A DNA stretch of 62,580 nt, taken from positions 1 to 62,580 of the forward strand of contig JAUCBJ010008004.1 in NCBI GenBank assembly GCA_032718475.1. Direction: 5' to 3'. Below the pieces are notes generated by a model. The model was given only the letters and a program-made list of their open reading frames with translations, was not told the DNA's origin and did not search any database. Each line of letters begins with the position of its first letter. Positions within the stretch are counted from its first letter, which is position 1. This document shows positions 50,731 through 62,580 of this stretch, piece by piece. The stretch is from Nemertoderma westbladi. Its lineage: Eukaryota > Animalia > Xenacoelomorpha. The translations under genes and the position numbers were made by a program.

Positions 50731-51139
50731 CTTTAATATAATAAAATATAATTAGGTAGAATTACAATTTAGTTATATTTTACAACAATAAAGTACTGTA
50801 GCCTATTCAGGTATTCCTTAACAATGTATGTGCATACTTACCGGTATTATGTGTACACGACTGCACGTAATAGGTAGGGGTAGGGGGTATAGAGGATTTC
50901 TTCGGTGACCACAATTAAAATCTGGGGCTACCAACCTATTTTGTAGAGAATTTCATGCTGATCACAAAAATGCCCTACATTTAGTGATTTAGTTCAAGTA
51001 TAAGGTGATTCAGGCCTCAGGGTATTAAAACTAAATGTATCTCTAGCGATATGTTATCGCGATCTGTATAGGAATCAATGTAAACTGATATTTATGAGTT
51101 GAACCGCTTCTACAGGGGCTATGGAGCTGTTTTTAGTCT

Positions 51140-51640
51140 CATTAGAATCGCAATCATCGATTTAGTGAGTATAAAGGTGCTTGTGGCTTGGTTAAATATA
51201 ATAGTAATGACTTTTGGCCAATTTCGCCAAATATTTGGCTCAGAAATATTTACATCAGGGATATTAGAAACATGGTCGGCGTCATTGCTGAAGTCTCTGT
51301 CTTCATCCGCGCTTCAGCAAAAAGACTCAACCAGCTCCAAGACGCCATCTCATCAGCAGATAATTTAGCAGGAAGGAAGAAGAAGTTGACAACTTGCCAG
51401 ACACGGTGGGTCGAGCAGCATGAGTGTATTTGTTGTATTGTTGGAGCCAATAGTGGAAACATTGAAAACGATCCAGCAAGAAGGCAAGAACCCCCCCCCC
51501 CCCCCCCCCCCCCCCGGTGCAAGGATGGAAGGATGGCTGCTGTGAAGAGCCCCTCACTCCTGGTGTCATTCATTAGCTATCGCGTTGGAGATTTCCCTTC
51601 AGCTATTGCCAATCAGCAAAGCCCTCCAGACCCCTGAAAT
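51140..51640 (+). pseudogene. hAT transposase remnant in CAND1 intron 1
   Basis: FIRASAKR...KKKLTTCQTRWVEQHE matches the hAT S.KR and C.TRW motifs; fragmented and interrupted by a poly-C tract. Confidence 0.6.
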
Positions 51641-52070
51641 TGATATGGGGGCATATTGTGTATGTATACTGTATGTGTTGTTGGTTGGTTAACAAGCCTA
51701 AATTATTATCCTAGATAATAGCTGGATCTCATTCAGGGACTGTTATGATATCATCAATATTTTTGGTAATTAATATAATCAGCAACAGTTTAGGCCTAAT
51801 TCTGAAATATCAATGTTTTCACAAGTGTTTTTATAATTTAAAAGAAATGCTACCGGTACCTAGTAAAAAAAACACTAGCTACACCTTAATAAATAATATA
51901 TAATAATGTTCTCGAACACTTACCAATAACAAAAATAAAAAAAATACAGTATTTTTAAAATTTCAAAAAATTCTAGCTAGTAAATAACACTAGCTACCAT
52001 AACAAATATCTCTACTAATGTTCGAGAACATTCACCAATATCAAAAAAGCACTAAAAAGTTGCTAGATCA

Positions 52071-52219
52071 GGAACCGGACAATTCGGTCCTAGGACAATT
52101 CGGTCCCGGACAATTCGGTCCCGGACAATTCGGTCCCATTTATTTAGTGTTTTGGGACCGAATTGTCCGGGACCGAAATGTCTGGACCGAATTGTCCGGG
52201 ACCGAATTGTCCTACATCC
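52071..52219. mobile_element. Foldback MITE built from 14-15-bp GGACAATTCGGTCCC repeats in inverted orientation
   Basis: Four direct copies followed by four reverse-complement copies; GGA...TCC ends; no TSD resolved. Confidence 0.65.
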
Positions 52220-52632
52220 AATTTTGCTGGCTTGGGACCGTTTTTTGTGTTTTAAGAACACAAAAAGCTGCATTAAAACTCATAAGATTGTTTTGTCATG
52301 CTCTCTGACTGCTAGATCAGCTCCCCGCTCAATGCATGGCTCGCCCCACAATGCTTTGTTTTATTTTGCACATCATGTGCGCCCCTCTACACGATTTGAA
52401 CTACACTTGTATGTACACGTTTTGCAAGCGTTTCTCACTCGTCTTTACTCTTTTGTACTATTTTTGCACTTTATTGTACTATATTGTACTTTTTTGTACA
52501 GATTCGTCGGACCTGCGGACCCCATAAATATTAATATTATATTATGATATTTATGAGTCTAGTGTCAGTAAATAAAATCACGGACACTTTCCCGTGTGTC
52601 CCAAATTTTGTATAGGAATCGGAAACTCTTAC

Positions 52633-53302
52633 CTTTCAGTAAAGTCATCAACTCATCAAATATATCGGGAGCTACGCACACCGACAACGAACTCAACGCA
52701 ACGATGCTGCGTTTACGCACAGCGAGTCGTTGCGAAGCCAAACTCGCGACGAGAGCGTCGTAAATCTTCCTGTGGAAGCTGATGAGCGTCGAGCCGTAAC
52801 GCTGTAGCAACTCGTTTACTATATCTAAAGCCTCCAACAGAACGCTGATATCTTTATACTGAGTTAGAGTTATTACTAACCGCTCGGTTATTCTCTTACT
52901 AACTTTAGTCGATAAACCAACTGCATCTAAAGTCCCGGGTAACTCTGTTATAACTGTCTTCAACCCGATGCTTGATATGTCTCGCAATTGCTCCTTATCA
53001 GACACCATGTTGTTACACAGGGTGCTCACTATAGTGTCAACTTGCTGCTCCTTTACCTTGGTTACTAACGGGCCGAGACATCGCACAGACAGGTTCTGTA
53101 CCTCGCCGTTCTTATCCTCCAGGAGTTTGAGGAGCATCTTTACGACTCGTTTCTCGCTGTCGTCGTCCAGTTTTATTGAGTCCTTCTGGAGTTCGTTCAT
53201 CAGATCGTTGGTGGCCATGAAGCGGAAGTCTTTGTCGTTGGATTGCATTTTGTCGAGGAGGTTGGCGATCTGTTGGGGGGAACTACCGGTGCGGGAATCC
53301 AT
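52633..53302 (-). CDS. CAND1: CAND1 (cullin-associated NEDD8-dissociated protein 1 / TIP120) coding exon 1; spliced CDS 3819 nt, 1272 aa
   Basis: ATG at 53302; [69 protein letters not shown]; donor G|gtaag. All seven exons join in phase. Confidence 0.96.
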
Positions 53303-53607
53303 GGCGATCTGCAATCAGAGTTGCTTCGGGGAATCAGATATGCAGATAATTAAATTACAAATTATAGGCCTAATAACTACCGGTAGGCCTACTCTTGTCT
53401 ACGAGTTCCTGTTAGCGTGTCCGTGTCAGCGTGTTTAGGTGTGTAGCAATATCTGTAAATTAAATACTGAAATATATAGGGTATAAGTTATAAATATATA
53501 AGTTATATCTCAGTATCTGTATTCAGGCTGTCAGGTATAGGCCCTACAGACAGACAGAGTACCGGTACAGATATCAGTCAGTCAGAATAGAAATCATACT
53601 GCTGTAC

Positions 53608-54640
53608 TGGATGGGTCGGCAATGGGCCCATCATACTCTTGCTCTTACACAGACATTTTTGGTGCTGAATATATTGATACAGCAGTCCGAACTTCACCAA
53701 AGCCTCCAGAAGAATGGAAACGATTTAGAGTTTAGAGATGATGGAATAGCTATTACACTTGAACAAGAAGATGAAGATATCGGTATTCTGATTGACCACC
53801 TCAACAATACCGTTAAACCTGGGAAAATAAAGTTTAAATTAGAAGAATATGGAAGGAAAATTAATTACTTAGATTTAACTATATTTTTTGATGACAATGG
53901 AATACTTCAAACAAAAATATACCACAAACCAACAGACGTCCATCAATATATATGTCCGCACTCAGCCCATCCGCACAGTCAACTTAAACACGTTCCATAT
54001 GGGGTTTCCCTACGATTGAGGCGTAACAATTCACGAATGGAGGATTTAATGCAAGCACTTTATGAATATGGAGCAGCATTCATTGCTAGGGGTTGGAGAA
54101 TGGCCGATGTTACTACACAATTTGCAGCGGCAGCTATTCAGACACAGTTAGAATCTCTACAAAATGATAAAAAACGAAATAAATGTAAATATACCATATT
54201 TTATGTTAGTAACACTGAACCTATATTAGGATCAATACAAAAGATAGTAGACAAACATACACCTATTCTAAGAACAGACATCAGGACCAAGCAACTCATT
54301 GACTCTTATAAAATAGTAAATATTAACCGTAGGGCCCCTACGCTAAAGGGAATTTTAGCTTCATCCAGTTTAACATCAAAGCAGAAGAACCAGACAAATA
54401 CAACACATGCTGGATCTAAAAAATGCACAAGACAGAAATGTATACCATGTGAAGCGATAAAACCAACAAAACAATTCGGATTAACCTCGACCCGTTTGAA
54501 AACTAAATATGAAATTAAACAGCGCCTTACCTGTGATGACAAATATATAATATATTTAGCAAAATGTAAAATATGTAACTTACAAGGAATCGGATCAACA
54601 GAAACATTTAAACCAAGGCTATCACAATATAAGTGTAATA
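53608..54640 (+). mobile_element. Penelope-like element fragment (RT C-terminal half, Cys linker, start of GIY-YIG endonuclease), frameshifted
   Basis: GSAMGPSYSCSYTDIF..WKRFR in one frame, shifted by a TTTAGAG duplication (53724-53737) into FRDDG, INYLDL, YHKPTD..SAHP, CTRQKCIPC, IIYLAKCKICNLQGIGST..R. Cut at 54640 by a TIR element. Confidence 0.9.
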
Positions 54641-54722
54641 CAGTCCCGCTCTCAAAAAGCATTCCTTTGATCAAACATTGATCAAACTTTGATCAAACAT
54701 TGATCAAAGTTTGATCAAATAT
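54641..54722 (+). mobile_element. Left end of a Tc1/mariner-like TIR element with palindromic TTGATCAA subterminal repeats
   Basis: TA|CAGTCCCGCTCTCAAA resembles the 11219 TIR; five TTGATCAA copies at 11-bp spacing; right end not found. Confidence 0.5.
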
Positions 54723-55422
54723 TGAAATGAACCAGGCTTATAAATCCTGCCATTGAGTTCTACCAAAGGCGCTGCACTTCAAAGTCTAGATTCCCACTGA
54801 GGCCGTGTGTCAATCAAGCAGCCCTCTCTCTCTCTCTCTCTCTCTCTCGCTCTCCCTGTGTGTGTAATGCTCCATGTGCTCTGTAGGATGTCTGCAGATC
54901 ACACAGGACACCACGTCCATATCATACCATAGGTTTGTAAGCTATAGCCGTTATTTAAACCAGTTAAAGCCTAGGTTATAATAATTTACAGCGATTATCA
55001 GAAAATAACAGCCGCAATTGAATCTCCACTTGGCGGTGTGGTGGTAATGAAAGCAAGGGCGGGTATGGGCTGTGTGGAGTTTAATTCTGAGTTACGCAAT
55101 GTGTTGGGTGGATGGCTACAATACATTAGAATGGGGGGGGGGGGGGGGCAACTAAGCGTACCGAGGGGGAGGCCATGTGAAAGCATACTATGAGCACCGC
55201 TATGATTTTAGAAGGGCTTGATCTTTTTGCGTAAGTAAATAATACCTAAGGAAATGTAAGGAATTTTATTAGAAATACGTTAGGACTTCTTACTGTGCAC
55301 ACCTACGTTAGTGCCCGCACCCCGCACTGAATTTGGAAGTTATTATAAGGTAATCGACATGCGACATCGACAACTTGCTGCCAAAATTGGGTTAGAAGAG
55401 AATGTGTTCGGACGTAGACGCT

Positions 55423-55838
55423 GTGCAGACAGAGGTGCCGACAGAGGTGCCGACAGAGGTGCCGACACAGGTGCCGACAGAGGTGCCGACGCAGGTGCCG
55501 ACAGAGGTGCCGACACAGGTGCCGACAGAGGTGCCGACACAGGTGCCGACATAGGTTCCGACATAGGTGCCGACATAGGTGCCGACACAGGTGCAGATAC
55601 AGGTGCCGACACAGGTGCCGACATAGGTGCCGACAGAGGTGCCGACACAGGTGCCGACATAGGTGCCGACACAGGTGCCGACATAGGTGCCGATACAGGT
55701 GCCGACATAGGTGCAGACACAGGTGCCGACATAGGTGCCGATACAGGTGCCGACATAGGTGCCGACACAGGTACCGACATAGGTGCTGACACAGGTGCAG
55801 ACACAGGTGCCGACACAGGTGCCGACATAGGTGCCGAA
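55423..55838. repeat. 12-bp minisatellite, ~34 copies (GGTGCCGACA[C/T/G]A)
   Basis: Tandem 12-mers; source of the spurious GADT and SAPV ORFs. Confidence 0.95.
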
Positions 55839-56092
55839 ACTTTACTAAGGTCTTCCCAAGAAATTAGACATCCAACTAACCCATACACACCGTTTATTGT
55901 TTTGGTTAAAAAACACCACCCCTTTAACCTGCTCCTTTCGATGTTTTTCATTAACGTTTTCATTGATGTTCTCAGATACACTTGCGGTGACAGCACGGTG
56001 AAATCGCATACTGTGAATCACAGCATTTGGGTTGTGGTTACAGAGATGCGAGTGAAGCATTTACAGTCAACTGTATGTTCGGTTGGGTGATG

Positions 56093-56287
56093 ACTTAGTC
56101 CGCGGGAATTCTTAGCCCGCAATATGGGAATCGTTTACCCGCAAGCTTTCTTAGCCAGTGGGCAGGGCATCCTTAGCCCGAAAATAAGTTTTATTAGCCC
56201 GCGGGAATTCTTAGCCCGCAGGCATTCTTAGCCCACGAGTATTCCTAGTCCGGTGGAATTCTTAGCCCGCGGGAATTCTTAGCCCAC
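56093..56287. repeat. Cluster of (GGGAA)TTCTTAGCCCGC motifs, probably a DNA-transposon subterminal array
   Basis: About ten degenerate direct copies. Confidence 0.65.
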
Positions 56288-56796
56288 CAAGTGTTCAATT
56301 GACAATTAATAACTGAATAATTATTGTGACTTACTAGTTAGTTATTCATGTTCTATTCTAGGTAAACTGGTGAAAACGTTAAACTGATTTTAGCTGGTTG
56401 TGGTATGTATCCTATTCCATGCCCCCTCCCATCCCCCAACATAGAAGAACCGTAATGAAGAATAACAAAATTTCTGGATCCACCCCTACCCCTACCCCCC
56501 CCCCAAGCCTGCTTCGGGCCCCAGTTATAATGCAATGGAATCCAACATTGATATATAGATAATTTATGTAAAACAATATATGATAAATAATAGACAATAT
56601 ATAATAGATATTATATTACATAATAGATAGATAATATACGGTATGAAAGATAATATGTTATTGGTGTATTAATTATACTTAGTACAAAGTAGGCCCTCCA
56701 TTATTTTCAAACACCTGAGGGATAACTTTGCGAATGTGATTAATATATTTCCTACACTTATCGACTGATAACCTAGAGTTCCAAAAAGTAATGATA

Positions 56797-58035
56797 GTAA
56801 AAGCTTTTGCGGGATATAACTGGCCCTTTTCTCCGCAATGTACTGTGTAAGGTGTTTTTAGAGGACATAACTAGCGATTTACCCGCTGTGTCTGCATGTG
56901 TGCGTTAGCGGACATAAAAAGCCAGTTTTCCCACAATGCGCTCAAATACTCTAAACTACCTAACTCAAATGACGCAATCTACCAACCGATTTGCTGTACG
57001 CCTATAGGCTCTTTGTTCTGTTCGATCAACCAATCAGAACAATGATCCACCAATCAGAGCGATTTCGCCTTGTGTTGAATATGGGCTGCAAAAACCCGAA
57101 TAGTTCGGCATTTAGACATTCGTGGAACCTACAGAATCTGGAACTCGGCCAATGAGAGCTGTTTCTCTTTGTGTTGAAAGATACCTACAACAGCCCAGAG
57201 GGATCAGTTGTGTTGGTTTTCCCGAGCCTAGAAGACCGGCTTTGGAATCTCTGTGTTTTCAGGCTTTAGCCCTACATTAGTAGGCTTAATTATAGAACGT
57301 ATATCTGTTATCTTAACTAATCATAACATAACATATCATAACCATTCATACCTTAACATTTGTACTGCTATTTACTGTCGGTTATTCATTATATCAGTTG
57401 ATGGAATATTATTATATTTGGAATACCGATAAATAATTACAAAACCCTCAATCTTCTTGATATACTGAAGGTAAGAGAGACCGGTTACATATAACGATTG
57501 CGACTTACATTAAAGTGGTTTTGAAGTGAATCTAATGCTATTTCATAGGCACTACATGTATTGGTTGTTGTTCTCTTTATATGTGACTAAAATTAGTGAA
57601 GGTCGGCAGATCGGTGTGCAGCATTGTGCAGTATTGTGTATGATTGTGACTGATAACAAAGCATCTCCTAAAGAATGCGCCATATACGTGAATCCATAGC
57701 CATCCCGTTGTGTCTAGTTTAAGTCATAACTCTGTTTACATATTTAGAGCGCCACGTCCTAAAGGAACTGTTAATATTTCCCGAAAGTGAATAATATTTG
57801 TCAGAGATTATATATTACGATCAGTCGAATAATACAGTAGGCCTACACCGCAATAAGGTTAGGCTTCCGAATCCAGTCTCCCGGGTATATCCAGCGGGTG
57901 AATGGTCGCGCATAGACTGGCTTCGGCTAATGTAGTGTATCAAATACTCGTCATAGGCTAAAGTCGATTTATTATCTAGAAGACATCAAAATTTGGCAGG
58001 TTAAACTGCTAAAGGTCTAAAAGCGCGAACAATAA
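56797..58035. repeat. Left arm of a diverged ~1.25-kb inverted repeat
   Basis: Colinear reverse-complement blocks with 61058-62313, e.g. GCGCCACGTCCTAAAGGAACTGTTAATATTTCCCGAAAG, AGGTTAAACTGCTAAAGGTCT, GGGATATAACTGGCCC. Confidence 0.85.
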
Positions 58036-58310
58036 CAGATATTGCTTCTGTATTGCAGTAGGAAATAAAGCTGAAGTACCGGTCAACCAGTACCTAGTAG
58101 GCCTGACTACCTAACCACCCGGACCGGTACCTACAGCAGTACAGGTACAGCAGTATTATTCGATTTTGATAATTATATACCGGTAAGCCCTAATATTTAA
58201 TCAGGGACTGCAGCCCTGGTTTTTTATTGGGATTTTACTTATTTCTGTCAGTTTTATTTACTTGTAGGTTAATATTGAGCAGAAGACATGTAAGCCTGCC
58301 CAGATTATAC

Positions 58311-58888
58311 AGATAATTTGTAGGCTGGACTGTTGTCTGACTGTTGTTAAGTCTGAGGAGATTGTAGTGTGTGTAGAGCGTATGTCCGAAAAAGTACTAG
58401 TTAGGAAAGTAGGGGCTTCCAGTGCTGTGAGGTAAACCCCCTCGAAAGAATAAGTCGTACTACTCGGTTAGAACGCATACTAACTAACCATTTCGGAGTC
58501 TGCATATACTGTAGTTTGTTTAGGCTTGATAGTAGTCTGCCAGCGTTTGGTCTGTATTTTGTATGTGTAGTCTGTACGGGTAGCGTAATATTTCTTATTT
58601 AGATAATTTGTAGGCTGGATTGTTGTCTGGCTGTTGTTAGGTCGGAGGAGATTGCGGTGTGTGTAGAGTGTATGTCCGATAAAGTGCCAGTTGGGAACGT
58701 AGGGGCTTCCAGTGCTGTGAGGTAAACCCCCTCGAAAGAATAAGTCGTACTACTCGGTTAGAACGCATACTAACTAACCATTTCGGAGTCTGCATATACC
58801 GTAGTTTGTTTAGGCTTGATAGTAGTCTGTCAGCATTTGGTCTGCATTTTGTTTGAGTAGTCTGTACGCGTAGCGTAATATTTATTAT
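58311..58888. repeat. Tandem duplication, two ~290-bp copies
   Basis: AGATAATTTGTAGGCTGGA begins at 58311 and 58601; long identical internal block. Confidence 0.9.
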
Positions 58889-59829
58889 TCAGAGTTTATG
58901 CGATTATTCGCAACATTCATATCCCCAAGTTTATTCCTACAGTAATTGTGCTTGTTATATATACCGTTATAGTTAAACTAACCCCGGTACTACATCAGGG
59001 CTGCTTGGCGTAGGTAAAGACTGGTGATTTTGTGCCCCGGTCACTCCAGCAGATACCGTGGTTCTTTTAGCTGTTCAAGTATTTTTAACTACTGATTATT
59101 GGTTGTATAAGTACTTGTACCTAATTTAGGGTTTAGTGTACAGTGCTTTCCGAGGGTAATTAGTGTGTAGGCAGTATAATTGTGTTGTAAAGTGGTTAAT
59201 AGGCACGTTGGTTCTGGTAGACCGCGGTAATTAACTTCTAGGTAGGAACACTCCGTGATACATAACGTAGTACTTATAGTGATACGGCTATAAGTCGTCA
59301 GACGGTGGTATTTTCCTATCTGGACAATGCAATATATTTACTACTGCTTGTTATTTTCAAATACTGTAGTATCCTGTTCGTTGTAATAACCAGATAATCT
59401 AACCCTTTGTTAGGCTGGTTTGTAGACTTCTTGTAAGATTACCCTAAAAATTCGTACGTGTAATTTTTGTGTTTATTTAGAGATTGTAATCTCACCCCGA
59501 ATTGTATGTAATTTGTAGTATTAAGTAACTTAGGTAAATTAGAATTATTTGTTTTAGTGTCCAACAAGTAGCACTTCACTGAGAGCGCACAGCTTCTGTG
59601 TAGTGACTCTTTCCCAGAAATAATAACATTTATTTCAAATATTGACAAAACCCATTAAAACGGGTATATATATTATAAATCAACTCAAACCGATTTATAA
59701 AATAGTAGGCCTGCCATACAACAATTAGGTCTCAATATCAGTTGGACTACTGCTTAAATAACGGTAATAAAGTAAGTTAAAGTAACCAAGTAACCCCTAA
59801 AATTAGGAAATTCAATTATTCTAAAATAA

Positions 59830-60090
59830 TTGACATACCGGTATTTACAATAGGCTTATTATATTTATTTCTATAAATTTAGGCTGAAATTATACCGGTA
59901 TTCTGTAATTAATTCTAGTCCATAATTATACTTATATATACTATAAGTGTAAGCTGTATACCGGTATTCACGATAGGCCTATTATATATTTATATATATT
60001 TGTGCTGAAATTACATACCGGTATTCTGTGACAAATCTAGTCTGTAATAATACTTATATATATATACTATAAGCATACCGGTATTCTAAT
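59830..60090. promoter_or_regulatory. Five ATACCGGTATT motifs at ~60-bp spacing upstream of the orphan ORF
   Basis: Copies near 59835, 59892, 59958, 60015 and 60075, within a ~122-bp repeat unit. A regulatory role is inferred from position only. Confidence 0.35.
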
Positions 60091-60220
60091 ATATTATATA
60101 TATATCACGCTACACTGAGTAGCAGTATCGGTGATTAATTACTAGGCTAACAGTGATACTGAATTACTAGACTTGCTTAAACTGTAATATAGCAGTAGGC
60201 ATTCAACTGTACAAACAAAC

Positions 60221-60946
60221 ATGTCTGACACAAAGCAAAACCTGTCAGACAGTCTCCTAGATACAACCATCTGTGACCCGGATAGGAGTGTGGAACGTGT
60301 GAGACCAAAGTTCAATTCACCTCCTACTGTAAGAAAGATCATCCCTCCCGTAGTAATATCAGACCCTAGGCTAGTCCAACATCGTAGGTCTATCATAGGC
60401 ACTTGGGCTCAGGTCAAGCGGGACCGAGAAGCAGCAGAACAGCAACAACCCGTGAGCCAAGAACTTATTTCTCAGCGGCCCGACAGCTCCAGTAGTGCGG
60501 ATACTGTAGAGCTGACACCCGAACACGGCGCAAAGATGACAGATGTGGTTTATTCGGACCCCCTTCTCATCCTTCCTGCAGCCGTACTCACTAGGTTATT
60601 GATTGCGGTGGAAGAACACCAGATCGATTGGGCGAGAAATAAGCGATCGACTAAAGATAGTTATGCGGGATACACAAGGGAAGAACTGAAGTCTATTGTC
60701 GAGTCGCAATGGAACTTCCCCGGACCCGGACTCCCGTTTGACTTATCGGAAGCTGCCTGGGAAGACATACACAGGATGGGAGTAACCAAGGAAACCATCG
60801 ATCCAGCTGTGTGGAAGAGGTCCGCAGCAGGATACGTACAGGGATTCTTTGGCTCTATGGAGCGATTAGAGGAACAACTGTTTCGACAACCCCAAGGACC
60901 TCAAGAGCAGGGAGAGCTGCTACCCAAGGAGGTGAGGTCTCTATAG
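60221..60946 (+). CDS. Intronless orphan ORF, 241 aa, no recognised domain
   Basis: GC-richer island in AT-rich flanks, start context ACAAACAAACATG, non-repetitive protein-like composition. Confidence 0.55.
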   Translation: MSDTKQNLSDSLLDTTICDPDRSVERVRPKFNSPPTVRKIIPPVVISDPRLVQHRRSIIGTWAQVKRDREAAEQQQPVSQELISQRPDSSSSADTVELTPEHGAKMTDVVYSDPLLILPAAVLTRLLIAVEEHQIDWARNKRSTKDSYAGYTREELKSIVESQWNFPGPGLPFDLSEAAWEDIHRMGVTKETIDPAVWKRSAAGYVQGFFGSMERLEEQLFRQPQGPQEQGELLPKEVRSL

Positions 60947-61057
60947 GGTGGCAGCAACAGGCGGCGGCGGACTCGTGAGGGTCTGGGGGCACGTTAAATC
61001 TCTCCTATAGTGCAAGGGAGTTACTGAAGGCCCTCGTGTCTAGCGAACCATGAATCA

Positions 61058-62313
61058 ACATTGTTCGCGCTTTTGAAGACCTTTAGCAGTTTAACCTACC
61101 AAAATTTATATGTCTTTTAGTTAATTAAAACCACTTTAGCATACGACAATATTTTATGCTAATACGCAAAACACTAGCCGAAATCAGCCCATGCGCGATC
61201 ATTCACCCGATGGATCTACACCCGGGAGACTGAATTCGGATGCTTAAATTTTATTATTGCAGTGTAAGGTTGCAGTGTATACCTACTGTATTATTCGATA
61301 GATCGTTAATAATTAATCTCTGACAGATATTATTGGCTTTCGGGAAATATTAACAGTTCCTTTAGGACGTGGCGCTTTATCTATTTAAACAGAACTAAGA
61401 CTTATACTAAAACGCAACGATACTGCTTATGATTAAAGTATAAAGCGTATTCTTTAGGAAATACTTTGTTACCAATCACAATCATACACACTATTCTGCC
61501 GACCGTCAGTATATTTGATCACACATAAAGAGAGCAGCAATTGACTCACGTAGGGTCTGCTAAATAACATTGGATTCAATACACACCACATTAATATAAA
61601 TCGCAATTGTTATGTATAGCCGGTCTCTCTAACCTGTAGTGTATCAAGAAAATTGGGAATTTGGGTGATTTATCCGTATTATCCAAAGAGCAATATTTCC
61701 ATCAACAAATAGGTACAATTAATAACTGACGGTAAAATAACAGTACAAACAATATGATTAATGCAATTAAATTAAGTGAGTAGTTAAGATTAGTTAGGTT
61801 CGATTGATTAATTAGATGAGGTAACAGTTTATACTTTCGATAATTTAAGCAGTTTACTAGAGTTCTTCCCTAAAGGCCGGTGTTTCTGGCTTAGACAGCA
61901 ATAACAACAAAGTATCAAGTAAGAGCAGTAAGACTGAACACTCTCCTTATGATCGGCCGAAAAGCTACACGTCGACAGGAAAAATCGCTCTGATTGGCTC
62001 AAGCCAAACAAAGAACCATGCGTCCAATGGCTGTTTCCATGTCAGCAACCAGCTGTTAGATGTCGTAATATGAATCATCACGGCTAAGCTGTGAAAGGTA
62101 GTTGGTGCATTGCAGGTTTTTTGCCTTACCATGTCCGCCAAAACACGTATATAGCAGAATGACTTTTATGTCCGTTAAAACACCTGTAACGGTACCTTGC
62201 GGGCGAGGGGAATATATATACAGTTAGAAAACCTTTTTAGAGTATTCCAGCGCCTGGGGGGAAACTGGATTGCGAAGCAAAAGGGGCCAGTTATATCCCA
62301 CAGAAGCTTTTAC
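61058..62313. repeat. Right arm of a diverged ~1.25-kb inverted repeat
   Basis: Reverse complement of 56797-58035 in colinear blocks. Confidence 0.85.
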
Positions 62314-62580
62314 ACCGCTCCCAGAAAATGGGATTTGAGTCTATAAATATACAAAAATCACAGTTTCTAATATACGTAAATACTCTAAACAGTTAGTCTT
62401 TCTTGCGCGGACGGCGTTTACGCAGTTTTTTAAAGCTAGCAAGAGTCCTTTTCTCTTTGGGGCGAGCCACTTTACGAGGAGGGCTATAACTCCTGGGTGA
62501 AGGGTGCAATATGATTGCATCAGAAGGTATGGGATTGCGATCGGTATATCCGCCGGTCGAAGTACCGGGTTGATTGACAT

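Noticed and set aside
27941-53438. Plus-strand ORFs overlapping CAND1 exons (e.g. 29445, 46623, 49873, 52968)
   Set aside because: Antisense shadows of GC-rich coding exons.
18977-55148. Long poly-G/poly-C tracts (e.g. ~18977, 21889, 27316, 27590, 28856, 51491, 55133)
   Set aside because: Simple homopolymers of unreliable length; G-quadruplex potential alone is no evidence of function.
55311-56090. GADT-repeat and SAPV-repeat ORFs (antifreeze- or mucin-like)
   Set aside because: A 12-bp minisatellite open on both strands; flanking residues are not protein-like.
62341-62580. Minus-strand ORF at the window edge
   Set aside because: Possibly truncated and without a recognisable motif; cannot be called from this window.

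Overview
Eukaryotic, repeat-rich genomic window, probably from an invertebrate animal (inferred from the CAND1 sequence, GT-AG introns and BEL/Pao and Penelope content). The one clear host gene is a complete 7-exon CAND1 on the minus strand (53302->27905, 1272 aa when spliced). Its 15.5-kb intron 4 is mostly a 14-kb, 32-bp satellite that appears to derive from half of a Penelope-type hammerhead ribozyme, whose inverted full-length template copy lies directly beside the array. The left 13.6 kb is a nest of BEL/Pao LTR retrotransposon sequence with four unusual parts: (1) an in-frame minimised protease-DUF5641 frame on the minus strand; (2) six covarying K-turn/UUCG RNA hairpins; (3) a pol gene interrupted by a 228-bp perfect palindrome with Polinton/Maverick-type ends (AGTAGT...ACTACT, 6-bp TSD); (4) an accessory triple zinc-knuckle ORF in the env position. 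The window also holds 30-bp and 39-bp satellites, tRNA-derived SINE heads, several TIR elements, hAT and Penelope pseudogenes, and a diverged ~1.25-kb inverted repeat pair around an orphan ORF. All calls were made by eye; no database search or folding program was run.
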